64,000 nt of DNA from Schmidtea nova (Eukaryota): assembly GCA_044892505.1 (NCBI GenBank), contig CM097882.1:449252001-449316000 (forward strand). Reading direction: 5' to 3'. How positions within the stretch are numbered: position 1 is the first letter of the stretch; each line of letters starts with the position of its first letter. This document shows positions 51,839 through 64,000 of the stretch, piece by piece. The notes under the pieces are model-generated. The model saw only the letters and a list, made by a program, of their open reading frames with translations. It ran no database searches and was not told where the DNA came from. The position numbers and the translations under genes were made by a program.

Positions 51839-52096
51839 TTTTAGAGAGAGCTTGTGGTCTTATAATTTTTTGTTAATTATTTCTACACATTTTTCAGCGG
51901 TCATTGAACCAAAAATCCGAATCATGTCAAGATTCCAAAATTTATTTTCGGAATACACATTAATATTCATATACCACTTATTCTTGGTAGATGCCCACTG
52001 GTAAAAAGTTAGGCTAAACCTTTTGTTTTGAATTTTAAGATTTGATAATTTTTTTTTAAATTTCGGATCTCTGCTATATTCTAGAATTATTTTTTA

Positions 52097-53116
52097 TTAA
52101 ATAAGGGTTTCGCCAATTTTATGTGGTTTTTTCTGACGTGCAATTAATTTTGCAACGTGGTAACTAGCTTCTAACGCTTTGTCAGAAATTGTAACGGACG
52201 ATCTCAGAAATTGCCTCTGTTTTAAATTTTGATTTAAAAGCCGCTGAAAATATTGTTTGTCCTTGTTGGCGCAATTGGGATGTTTTGATTTTAGATGGCG
52301 AATCAGTTTACTTGGCACCATTGCCTCGTTGGAAAGCTGTTCTCTGCAAATTACGCATTCTGGTTTCGGAGCCGCTTCTTCACCACACCATGAAAATCCG
52401 TATTGAATATATTCTGCATTGTATTGCCTTTTCACTATCTTCGGTCTTTTTACATCATTGCTCGTGCTGGGTTCATCATCATTTGTCGATAAAGTTGAAC
52501 ATTCTTTACGCAAAAACTTGTCCATATTTAAAATTATATAAAGTAAATATGAATAAAATAATTTTATTATTACACGCCCAGGTACAAATATTATTAGTAA
52601 TCGTAAAATATTTTAAATGTTATTTTAATTGTAATATTTATATATTAAAAATTATTCAAATTCAATATTTAGAATTGAGCGCTAGTCAAGTTATTTAGAA
52701 AAATAATTATTTGAATACTTACATTAATTTTTATCTTCTAAATTCACAAAATCACAGAGAGATGAGTACACTATAAAAGCTAACTTACGAATGAAAATTT
52801 AAAATCATCATCTGATTCAATAAAATAATGGATCAGTTGTCCGAAGTCAACGAAAACAAATTTCTCTAAAATTTCTTGTATTTATTGTTCAGGCTGTAAA
52901 ACTTGGTAGCACAACATAAGACAATAAATTTAAATGTGAACAACCTGAAATGTAATTTTTTAACCCATGTTTATTGACCGAATATTTTGTCAACAACGCA
53001 ATTATTTGTAAACAAGATAGATATAAGCATAACGCACGTGTCCGTCATAAACCCTATATTTTTTTCTCGGATAGGCATTGCGCCGCGGCACACCTAGCAT
53101 CACCTCGCGGCACTGA
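52097..53116 (-). mobile_element. 5' fragment of a Buster-type hAT with a BED-finger transposase N-terminus
   Basis: ORF 52525-52097 RQYNAEYIQYGF...PECVICREQLSNEAMVPSKLIRHLKSKH...EASYHVAKLIARQKKPHKIGETLI, with gtgccgcg subterminal repeats. Confidence 0.88.
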
Positions 53117-53119
53117 TTT

Positions 53120-54408
53120 AAAACTCATATAAATAGACAAGAATGTAATTTATTATTATACAAGAATCATTTTGTATTGTGTAAAAATATTAAAGTGTTT
53201 TTAGGAAATTCTAGTTCATTGAATAGAGAACCTTGTCTTAATTGTTTAACATCTTTCACATCAATTAATCAATTAAAAGAACACCAAAAAGTGTGTATTG
53301 AAAATAAAGAAGCTATAGCTATATTTCCACATCAAGAATACAAATGTTTTAAAGAATATGAATATAAAACTAAATGTCCATTTGTCATGTATGGAGATTT
53401 TGAATCATATAGTTTAGAAAAATATGGAAAATCAATTCAAACTCCTTATTGTGTTGGAATACAAAGTTTCTCAATATCAAGAACTTTTTCCCAACAAATA
53501 CATTCCGTGTTATAGTAGTAATGCTATGGAAGATTTTATAAATGAAATAATTGATTTGGAAGCCAAGTTTTCAAAATTATTAAAAACAAATGAAAAGGTG
53601 ATTCTAATAGGAAAAAATGGATTAAAATTTGAACAAGCAACAAATTGTTATTATTGTAATAAATTATTATTAAGTGATAAAGTATTAGATCATGATCATT
53701 ATAATGGAGATTATAGAGGAGCTGCTCATAATGAATGTAATTTTAGAGCTAAACAAAATACATTTTTTCCATTTTTCTTTCATAATGGTAGTAGATATGA
53801 CAATCACTTGTTTTTTTAGATTTGATAAAACATAATAGTTTGAAAATTTATTATTTGAAAATTTATTATAATAAAACAAATTATTTCCAAAAATGATCAA
53901 GTATATATTAGTTTTGAATTTGGTTGTATAAGATTTCTTGATTCATATAGAATTATGTCTGAATCTTTAGATTCTTTATCAAGTAAATTATTACCAAAAC
54001 AAGTAAAAATAAGTAAGGAACTTAGAAAGGGAATTTATCCATATGATTATCTAAGTGGAAATAGTTTTAAAGAAATATGGAAAATATTAGATGTAAAACA
54101 ATTACTACCAATTGAAAAATTCTTTTCAAAGTTAAAAATAAGTTTATAGAACCTGAAGAATATGAATTAGCACAAAAGAATTGGAAAGAATTAAAGTGTA
54201 GAAACTTTAAAGATTATACAATAAAATATTTAAAGATTGACGTCCAATTTTTGGGAGATAATTTTGAAAATTTCAGATAAGTATGTTTAGAAAATTTTCA
54301 AATATATCCATGTTATTGTTATTCAGCACCAGGATTAACTTGGATAGCAGGATTAAAATATACTCAAGTAAAATTAAAACATTATAACATGAAACTTTTG
54401 ATATGGAA
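53120..54408 (+). pseudogene. Maverick/Polinton protein-primed DNA polymerase B, N-terminal half
   Basis: CLNCLTSF..LKEHQKVC, PFVMYGDFES, CYYC...DHDHYNGDYRGAAHNECN...FFHNGSRYDNH, LRKGIYPYDYL, YSAPGLTW. Frameshifted and truncated by a hAT insertion. Confidence 0.9.
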
Positions 54409-54876
54409 TAGTATATGCACGAATACCGTTAATTCTTAATACCGGTATTCAGTATTGATTTTCGTTAATACCGGTATTATCGGTATAAACCGGTATTCAA
54501 TAAAAAATAGAAATCAAATATGCATTTTTATTGTAATAAATATAATACTAGCATTAACCATACTTAACAATTATTTCTTTAGATTCAAAAAATATGACCT
54601 TAAAAAGGATAACGTGTCCAAAGTGGAATCATTGAGCCTTGATCTTATTGTGGTACAGAATAATCCAGCTGCAGAGAACGCTCTCTCGAATTCTACACTA
54701 GTTGGTGGGATTGTCAATAATGCCTGATAAACAGATTCTAAATATTTTCCTCTATGATTTTGTTTCCGTAATATTTCCAGCTCTGTCTTAATTATGCCTT
54801 TGATGTCTTTTATTGTATCTGCAGATTGTTTATCATTAAACGGCAAAGTTAGTTTTTCTTGAATCAATAAATGCAA
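54409..54876 (-). mobile_element. 3' end of a hAT element inserted in pPolB
   Basis: Terminus tagtatatgcacgaatacc, ataccggtat repeats, and LLTIPPTSVEFERAFSAAG..TTIRSRL. Confidence 0.85.
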
Positions 54877-55008
54877 TAAAGTTTGTGTTATTGAAAGTGT
54901 TATTGGGGGTCAATTAAAGGCACGCTTTGGAGTCAGATATTTGATTGGTAACTTTTACCATTTTACCAACACCCCGGAACTCAACATATTTGGTGAGCCC
55001 GACGTGAT
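54874..55008 (+). mobile_element. 3' end of a family 1 LTR plus tRNA-Trp primer-binding site (PBS)
   Basis: caattaaaggcacgctttggagtc...aactcaaCA, then tatt, then TGGTGAGCCCGACGTGAT (54991-55008), 17/18 identical to the canonical tRNA-Trp PBS TGGTGACCCCGACGTGAT. Confidence 0.85.
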
Positions 55009-55424
55009 CAGAGGTTGATGAAAATATTATTGAGTAAAAACAGTTGTACAATAACCCCACGTGATCAGAGGTTGGTGAAAATATTATTGAGTAAAAACAG
55101 TTGTACCATAACCCGACGTGATCTAACGTTGGTGAAAAGATTATTGAATAAAAGTAATTGTAATATTTCAGACGTGATAAAAGTTGGTGGCGAATTATTG
55201 AATAAAAAGTATTGAAAAAGAAGTGAAAATAATTGTGATAAAGAGAAATTATTCAACGAAATGAGTGGATAAAATTAAATCATGCAATGGAAGATAAATT
55301 GATATACAAAGAAGTTAAAAGAATTAATGTATCTAATAAATAAATTATTATTAATGTATTATTATTAATGTATGTAATAAATAAATTATTATTAATGTAT
55401 TATTATTAATGTATCTAATAAATA

Positions 55425-56582
55425 AATTAATAATTGTTGCCATTTTTCCATTTGATAAATCTATACTAATTTCTTTTTCAGTTAAATTCACAGCAAAACA
55501 TCTTGCTTTAAAAATAGAATCTTTATTAATATGAATTGTAATATTAACTCCATTCATTGCTAGTTTTTCATCTTTAGCACTAGTATCAAAACAAAATTTT
55601 GATTACAAATTTTTAAAATCTGTCAAATTTAATTGTGGATCTACTCCAAATTCATGACACATTTCTACATAATTCTGATATGGTTTAGCTTGATGATTAT
55701 TTTTAAAAGAAAGTGTTGTAGGATCAATAGGATAATAAGTTGTATTTAATTGAACTCGTATGCTTTTAATTTCATTAACATTAACTTTTTGAATAAATTT
55801 TGAATAATTTTCTGTAAATGAAGGAGTCAAATCTTTAAAACCAACAATAATAAATCTAGGTCTTGAATTTAAAACTGTTGGTTTCCATGAATATTGTGTT
55901 CCTTCAGGAATATCAATACTTGAAGAAATTCTTTCCAAATAATTTACAATAATAGGTTTTGAAAAATTCATTCTATCCAAAATGTCAACTTCTAATTTTA
56001 GATTACATGTTATTGAAGGAACTATTAATTTTAATTCTTCAAAAACTAGTTTTGGTTCAGCTCTAGCATTTACCCCATAAAAATATTTTGATTATTTTGA
56101 TTTCTACTCATTCTTAATTCAAATGGAATTCGATATATTAATCTTTTATAATTTTGAAAGAATCCAAACAAAGTTTTTAGAGGATATATTCCTTCAAAAC
56201 TTGTAGAATACAATTCCTTTCTAACTTTAAATCCATGATTTTTAGTATCACCAGCTCCAGTATCAGGAATCCAAGTATTTAAATATTGTTTTTTATAATC
56301 TTCATCAGTCATGACAAAATTTATCAATTCACTTGCTTCACCAGAATTTTCAATACTTTCTACTTCTGTTGAACCTAGTTTTATTGATATTTGAGAAAAT
56401 ACATTACAAAACCAATTGTGTTCCAAAGTTATATACTTTGTAATACATGTATGAATTACAAATATCAATAGGATTTGATGTTTGTTGAATTTGAAATAAA
56501 AGATAGTGAAACTTCTAATAAATCTCGTTTTTAAATTGATGGTTAAATGAGAAACTTTTGTCAAAATTAAAACTTGTGTCAT
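55425..56582 (-). pseudogene. Maverick/Polinton major capsid protein (double jelly-roll, PY)
   Basis: FSQISIKLGSTEVESIENSGEA, YPLKTLFGFFQNYKRLIY, RPRFIIVGF, IRVQLNTTYYP, FCFDTSAKDEKL resemble Polinton MCP motifs. Several frameshifts. Confidence 0.78.
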
Positions 56583-56589
56583 TCATTTT

Positions 56590-58128
56590 TAAAAGTATTT
56601 CTTTAAAATTTTGCTATATTTTTCTGTTGTTATTAATTTTAATTCAACAAGTCTTGATAGAATTGCATTGACATGATTAAAAGTATTTGAATGACCAGCT
56701 TTTGTTGCAGATAATAGTTTATTTAATTGATAAAATAATTCCATAGGATATTCAGGAAAAAAGACAATCGGCGAAGCCGTTACTTTGTGAATTGGTTGCT
56801 CATTAACTCCTTTACCTTTACGAGAAGTACCTTCACCTGTTTCTGGTTTTGCATATGGCTACTCAATTGTGATCCACGAAATGACAGCTCCGCTGATAGG
56901 TTTTCAGATTTTTTAGATTTTACAAGTTGTTTTTCTGATGTCTTTAAAAATTCTTCTTCTGATTCTTCAACCAATTCTTTTTTTAAAGGAGTTGTGGAGC
57001 TGACACTGTGTCTGTTGAGCAATAGAACTAGAAGTTCTTCGATCGGCTCCTAAAGCCAATTTTATATTTACAATAATTTATAGTATTAAAATGTGGAACA
57101 TCTTCTGTTAATGATATAAAATCTTTTACAGTTTCTTTTTTACTACAAGATTTGATTGAGCTTTAGCCCTTGCATTTCCTTCAAAACATGATTGAAGATC
57201 TTTATCTCATAAATTTTAAATTATTTTCAATTCTATGAATATAAAAAATGGGATCATCTTTAATTTTTAAAAACTTATAAATTTGATTTCCTAATTTTAA
57301 AAAATATCCACGTTTTTCTTTTCCTTCATTAGTAAATAATTTAGAAGTATTGTTAAGATCAAAAAGATGGGGGCTGCTGACCTTAACACAGCTGACTCCA
57401 ATTGTAAATAAAACTATATTTATAAATAATAATATGTAATATTATAATTTATGTTTCGACGGTTGCTAGTTCCTATAAATAAATGAACTCAAGACAATTA
57501 CTTTTTCTAATGTTTAATGAAAATAAAATTTACAAAATCTGTTGTTATGTTTTGTGAGTTACAAAAGATAACTTACAAGGAATGGATTCACTGATCCCTG
57601 CTGTTTTTACCAGCCTGCAAGAAATAGTTGGCACCTTAGTAGCACAACTATCGCAATTAAAGAAAGAGGGCAAGCAAGAATTAATTTGGAGGCTACCCGA
57701 GTAGTGGTGAAACGGAAATGGTTTCCCTCTACTGCTTAAATTTAAAACTATTATTTATTTAATTAAAACGGTTAATACTGTAAAAGTAATTAACCGTCGC
57801 TTTACGATTCCCTTTTTCTTTCCAATAAAACAAAATTATAACTACCCGTCGATTCTCGAATAATCGTTAATTCCTCGTCCGCTGGATAATTTATCTCTAG
57901 ATTGGTTTCTCTGCAAATATCCCTCTAAATGATAACCTCCGAGAACGTCCTCCTCAGTTTTCCACTTTCGATTGTCTGCTAATTTTGTCTCCGACTTTTC
58001 TCAAGTTCTCACGCACACTAATATCGTCCGTTACTCAATGTTCCTGTGGTTATCGTCACAAATAAAACTTTTCGTCAGTTCTGTTATCGTCCTCTCCCGT
58101 TTTCTTTTCAATTTTCTTTCGTTTCCTG

Positions 58129-58191
<63 letters not shown>

Positions 58192-59030
58192 TTTCTCTGA
58201 TGTAGGTTGCCACCCTGATCTCTGCAAAATTCTAATTAACTAAAAATATTTCTCCAATTCTTCTGATAACAAATTCTGTGTTTTGGTAATTCACGTTTTT
58301 CTCGGAATCGATTAACACTCCAGTTATGTTTTCCCCTCTCCCCTCTAGAACTAAAATGTCGTGATATTTATATTAAAAACAAAATTCACCTACCTCGAAT
58401 TAGTCAATAATAATTTCTATTTAAATTTTAACTATTACCATAAATGGCTCATTTCTATTTTTAGTAATTGTTTTATTTAATTTTTATATTTATAGTAAAT
58501 ATTTATTCTTTTGATCTATTTTAAGCAATTAAATATTGCTATTATTACAACTTATTCTTTTTATTCTTTTAAGGCCAAGGGCCTGACCCTAACAGTATGA
58601 AGTTCTGGTACAATTTGTCCATCCAAAACTTTTCTTTTTAAATGGAATTCTATTATAAATTCTTCATCTAAATCTTTAATTTCCAAAGGTTTTGGTACAA
58701 CAGACCTTTTAATTTCTTCAACCCTTTTAATTTCTTGTTTAAATTTTTCATTTTCTATATATTTCTCTTTTGCTTTTTCATTCCATTTTTCATTTTCACG
58801 AATTAGATCTTTTACATTTTTAATATATTCTGTTTGATTAAATGTTTGTGGATCTTTTACAATAATTTGACAATTCAATTTTTATATAATTTTTTTATAT
58901 ATTTGATGTTTTTCTTTATCCAATGCTATATAATTATGTTTTGTTGAAAGATGTCCATTTAATAAATTAAAATCAATTTTTCAATAATGTTTGAAAACAA
59001 ATCTGAATAAATATTATCTTTATTTCTTTT
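56590..59030 (-). pseudogene. Uncharacterised Polinton ORF(s) between the ATPase and MCP, split by a solo LTR
   Basis: The frame rejoins as ELHT|SKLFTNEGKEK across the LTR. The C-terminal ELFYQLNKLLSATKAGHSNTFNHVNAILSRL resembles a recurrent Polinton LxLLxAxxxAG motif. Confidence 0.6.
57351..58594 (-). mobile_element. Solo LTR inserted in the Polinton
   Basis: TGTTAGGG...CTTAACA ends (minus strand), perfect TSD gtat/gtat, and a ggagtcag motif shared with family 1. Confidence 0.85.
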
Positions 59031-59032
59031 AC

Positions 59033-59619
59033 TTAATTGAAAAAATACAAAAAAATAGAATTTCCTCGTATACTTCTACGTGTTAAATCATAATAATTTT
59101 GAGATAAATATATACAATTACACTTGTTATGTCTTCCAAGCGTAAAGTATGATTTCATTATTTCTTGGTTTTTATCATTTACACAATCATCAAAAACTAT
59201 TAGATTCTTTTTATTTACATTTAATGTGTCACAAGCAGGAATTTCAAAATATTTATTAGACATGGTAACATTAATTATTGGTTTTGGATTTCCTTTTATT
59301 TCTGCAAGAGATTCACAAATTATTTTAATAGTTACATAATCGAATGTATTGATTTAAAAAAATATAAATGACATCTTGTTTTGTTAATCCACTATTAAAA
59401 CCATGAAATATTATTTGCATTTCTGGTTTTTGAAAATATAATTAAATTGTCATAATCTAAATAATCTGGTGTTAGTAATAGTTTATTTAACAAGACTGTT
59501 TTGCCACTTCCAGATAAACCAACTATCAATATTCTAAAACATTCTAGAATTATTGGATTGTGATTAAATTGGACAACATCTCTATTCCAAACAGGCATAA
59601 AATCAAAGTCATTTTCCAT
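59033..59619 (-). pseudogene. Maverick/Polinton packaging ATPase (A32/FtsK-like)
   Basis: Walker A RILIVGLSGSGKT, Walker B LIVFDDC, and FTLGRHNKCNCIYLSQNYY. One frameshift. Confidence 0.9.
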
Positions 59620-59623
59620 TTTA

Positions 59624-60650
59624 TGTTATGGTTCGAGATCAAGGGATCTCGGTTTTTGTATAAATTTTTGATAAAAAATTAATTAAATAAATAAATATTA
59701 ATAGCAATTAAGAATTACTATAGATAGAAAAAGAAATAAATATAGTAATAAATAATTACTATAAATAGATAGATTATAATAAATAAGGAATATGTTATAT
59801 CAATAGTAATAAATAAATAGATAATATTTTTAAATAGTAATAATGAATATATATATATATATATATATAGTAATAATAAATTATATATATAGTAATAAAT
59901 TACTTTAAATAAAAATATAATAATTATAGATAATAATAATAATATTTTTAAAGGCAGTGGTAAAACACCACCGCATTATTGAGAGTGATTGTGAGCGTAG
60001 TAGTGTGTAAGCCTACTATCGCTGAGAGATATAAATACTGATTGCAAATCAGCATTTGGGAGAAGAAAATTGATAGTGACAATTTAGTGAAAAACACATT
60101 GAGTGACAACATTTTGAGAGTAGCAAATATTAGAAGTTAAAATTAGTCAGAAGTTAATTTGAGAGAAAATAGAATTGAGAGAATATTTGTAAAAAACGAA
60201 AAATTTACTAGTGGAAATTTGTTGCGGAATTAATTTTCAGAACCCATTTGCAGTTATCTGGAATTCGGGATATTAAGTAATTTTTATTTTTGACTTATTT
60301 GTATCACGGAGTATTAGTGTTTCACTATTTTACTCCTTCAGGTCAACTTCAAATATCAGAGGGCAAATACAATAGGAAAAAGTAATAACCAATTCTGGGT
60401 TATTACTATCGCGTAAACATCCGGGAAGCCCACAAATTCTTGTTCCAATTTTTTAGTCGGAGCTGTTGAGTCATTTAGGTTCAGCTTTCGTATCTTTAAT
60501 TCTGATGACGGTTTGAACAACCTATTATTTGACTTTAGAATAGAAGCTTTGCAGCAATTGTGTTAATAAACCTAACTATTTTGTGCATTGTATTATATTA
60601 ATAAATCTTAGTTTATAAAACATTGTTTCTTATTTTTCTTACACGCAACA
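59624..60650 (+). mobile_element. LTR-like insertion
   Basis: Starts TGTTATG, with TATAAATA near 60030, AATAAA near 60565 and 60600, and CA-ending candidates near 60643-60655. No convincing TSD. Confidence 0.35.
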
Positions 60651-60882
60651 ACACATATATTTTATATATACACACACACACACACATATATATTAAAATA
60701 AACGGATTATCGTTTGTAGTCCGGTAATCAACTAAAGTTATTAATTATCGAATTTGTTAAAAATCTGTGTTCTTCGTGACCACTGATACGAACCGAACAT
60801 TTATATCAACAAAGTTGTGGTTTTACCGATCAAAAAAGTTGCAACTCGAATATTTATTTTTCATGAGTGAATGTATATATAC

Positions 60883-63300
60883 CAGGGGTGCCCAACTTTT
60901 CTGTATATAAGATCTACTTTTTTTCTTAAAAGTGTGTCGCGATCGACTTATTGTCATAGGCGTAGTCTAAGAGGGAAGAAGGGGTGTAAAATGCATACTA
61001 TGTTTATACACTGTGTTTCAGCGTAAGGTGCACTCCAGCGAGGTATGGGTAGATAAGTAAAAAATATGATCAAAACTATTTTTATTTTTAAATCACTTAT
61101 TAAGTTTTCGAGACATAGGCTCCTGAAGAAAATTAATTCTCAGATCCAACTTTTGATAGCAGCATTCCGTACATGCAGTACCTAAAAAATTCGATTTTAC
61201 AACAATTTTTCGAGATAGATTTTTACTAACTTAAAATGCAATTTGTGGTTTTTATCAACTGTAATGTATAAGTTGTTGTGCTATTTGTTCGTAAATATAA
61301 AAAAAGTTGTTATAAAAATGCACAGTATGGCTGATAATTTGATTACAATATTTCACTTTCGCGTTTTTTGGGCCAAGAAAATTTATCACGAGAGAATGAT
61401 ATGACTTACTTTTGCTAATTTATCAATAGCTCGCTAAGTATACCTCGTACTGAAATATAGATATACGGCTTATCTTCGTACGTAAAAAACATCAACAATA
61501 ATTATTTAAAGGGCCAAAAAACTCACGTCCAGGGGAGTTAAAAGAACATGGATAACTATTAACAATATTTATTAATTCAAAGTAGTCACAGATAAATACA
61601 GATTTAGAATTTAATTTTTTCCCTTAATATTAATGGGAAGACTGAGTTTGCATGTCTCTAACCAAGGAATCATAATCAGGTGTATATCCTGACAAAGATA
61701 TTAATAATGAGTCTCCTGTATGGGAATCAGTCAGGACAAATCGTTGTTTACTCTTCGTTAGCTTCAAGTATGAAAATGCCGATTCGCAAAGGTATGTAAA
61801 TCCGAAACAAGAATAGGTATATTCGCTACATTTTGTGACACTGGGATATTTTTCTCGGTTTACATATTTCCGAAAATCTTATTCTGATATTCTGGCTTGC
61901 AAGTTTAAGTCAGTTTGTAAAATTATAATTTCATTTTCTAATGCCTTTTGATCCATATGAAAAATATCTGAAATTTTTTGGCTAATGCGTTTCGTACTTA
62001 AATCTTTTTTAAAAGGAAAATATATAAATTCCGCTATTTCTTAAATTTTTTCAAAATCCTGGAATCTAATCTCAAAATCTTCAATTACTTTTTGGATTTC
62101 CGCGACGTATTTGTCGATCTTTTTATGTTTTTGTTGGTTATCCGCCATATTTGGAAAATGATTCAGATTATTTTGTTGCAGATCTTTTATTAGCAAAATA
62201 AATTTTGTTTTATATGCGTCTATGCAGCTGATCATATCAATTACTGTTTTATTTTTACCTTATAATTCTAAATTTAAATGACTTAATATTGAAGTAAAAT
62301 CGGTAATAAATGCCAAGTCACTAAGCCAAGTTTCATCCTTTAAATGTTCACAGTTTTCATCTTATTCGTGAAGAAAATCTATAATTTCAGGCAATAAATC
62401 ACGAAATCGCTGCAAAAATTTACCTCTGCTCAGCTATCTGACATCGGTATGTAGTAATAATTCAGGTTGGCCTTCATCGAGCTGCAGTTGAAGGAACGCC
62501 GTTTGAGGGAACTTCCTCGAATTGAATTAACAATTATAAATGCTATGTCCATCACTTCTTTTGTGTTTAGTCTTTTGCTAGCTAACACTTGCTGGTGAAT
62601 TATGGAATAATAGCTCAAAAAGGATGGGAATTCATCTTCAGTTCGACTTAGGGCTATAAATCCATTTTGCAACCTATTATTGCAGCTGCACCATCCGTTG
62701 TTATTGAGACTAATTTGAAAAGGGGTACATTTCAAATCATAGAGCAAGTTTTTAAAGGCTTTAAATATGTCGACACCTCTAGTCCTTTCCTTCAAAGAAA
62801 TCATACCCAACAATTCTTCTTTAGATGTAAAATCCTTAAAAATCATAAGAACGAAAACAAGTAATTGTGCTGTATCACTTATATCTGTCGATTCATCACA
62901 CTGAATGGAAAAACAAGAACATCTAATAATATCCTTAATTAGCTGCTCTTTTACATTCCCACTCATCATTTCAAGTCTTCGCACCACTGTGTTTCGAGAC
63001 AATTGTAGATCTTGAATTGCAGCAACAATTTCACTCTTGTTCGTAAAATCGTTAAAAATGTAAATCTGACATTTCCAAAAATATTTCCTTTACAAATTCA
63101 CCGTCGGAAAATGGCTTGATGCAGTAGTTACTGTTTGTGACTTCAACCTTGACGTTTTAAAAACGCTTTGTTGATTTGCTAATCGAGTTTTAAGATCCTT
63201 AACTTTATGTTTTCTCAGTTCAGAATTTGGTGGATAATCTGTTTGATACTTGTTATGTAAAGCTAAAAAATGTCTCCAGATTACCCTTCTTAGAAATGGC
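60883..63300 (-). mobile_element. hAT-Charlie (GTF2IRD2/EPM2AIP1-like) element, 5'-truncated and decayed
   Basis: TIR caggggtgcccaac after atatatac. Remnants FSIQCDESTDISDTAQLLVFV and FGFTYLCESAFS, with the stop at 61630. Confidence 0.88.
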
Positions 63301-63399
63301 TACCGAGGTAAGGCATATTAAACAACAGCATTTATCATTCACCATTGTAAAAAAGTAATCGAGCTCCTATTCTTCATTGAAGTGATAAGTTTTAGATTT

Positions 63400-64000
63400 C
63401 TTTGGTTTACTACTCATGTTCATGGGTATACTAGAATGCAAAGAAATATGAAAATTTAAAGAATAAATATTGATTTAAATATTTTCCTATAAAATTCAAA
63501 AACTCATGAACTGTGGCAATTATCTCCATTACATTGAGATTTTGGTTTACTACTCATGTTCATGGGTATACTAGAATGCAAAGAAATATGAAAATTTAAA
63601 GAATAAATATTGATACATAACACAACAAGCATGGCACTAAAATAATTAAAAACAAACGCCAATCCAAATATATATATATATTTGCACACTATATTTCGAG
63701 AACTTAATTCTCTTCATCAGGTGCTACCCAATCTTACATTCAAAAATAAATCAAATAAATCGATTTTTTCAAACAAATTAGTATTAATTTTTAAAATAAA
63801 ATATATTTAAATTTTATGTTAGTCAAAAAATTTAAATCGATTAAAATTTTTTAATTTAAATAAATTAATCTTAAAAATATAATATTCTTTTATTTTTATA
63901 CAAAAAAATATTTTTTTTAAGAATATATTATAAATATTTCCATATTTATAAACAACAGAATGATATAATAAAATATGGAAAATATATAATATTTAATATT
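63400..64000 (-). mobile_element. Penelope-like pseudo-LTR-type repeat with a near-intact hammerhead (63684-63724)
   Basis: Minus strand GCAC CUGAUGA A GAGAA-uuaag-UUCUC GAAA UAUAGU GUGC (U16.1 appears changed to G). Homologous to 8890-9280. A 74-bp direct duplication lies at 63401 and 63541. Confidence 0.6.

Larger units (their letters stand above)
47547..52095 (-). pseudogene. hAT transposase pseudogene, split by a Charlie insertion
   Basis: KRFSLTFYQWASTKNKWYMNINVY...DHKLSL | NEDIVCITTDKASVIKKVG...CFVHRIQLAILD...KVRKTINLFR...LTIQPISVELE...RSRLS reads contiguously once 48733-51846 is removed. Confidence 0.88.

Noticed and set aside
54991-55215. CRISPR-like periodicity
   Set aside because: Whole units are repeated, with no unique spacers and no cas genes, in eukaryotic context.

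Overview
This window is very AT-rich eukaryotic DNA, most likely from a planarian flatworm (inferred from base composition and an 18S rRNA fragment, not proven). It holds one clear intact gene, SNRK, encoded as a single uninterrupted 1107-aa ORF on the minus strand (23409-26732). There are also two phase-compatible exons of an unidentified plus-strand gene (2714-2965, 5927-6081) and one more candidate exon (29490-29675). Most of the rest is nested transposon fossils: solo LTRs with 4-bp target-site duplications (TSDs), hAT elements, piggyBac, Tc1/mariner and foldback MITEs, Helitron ends, a LINE remnant, a shattered Maverick/Polinton (pPolB, major capsid, packaging ATPase) and a separate Polinton terminus at the window start. 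Two less expected signals stand out. First, there is a minimal Penelope-type hammerhead ribozyme (10754-10800) with three degenerate relatives. Second, an uncharacterised repeat family is present in about four diverged copies (about 20.3-21.8 kb and 33-41.5 kb). It carries conserved accessory ORFs, including a coiled-coil / TQT-like / Arg-rich protein, and conserved non-coding boxes, but no RT, integrase or transposase that I can recognise. All alignments were done by eye.
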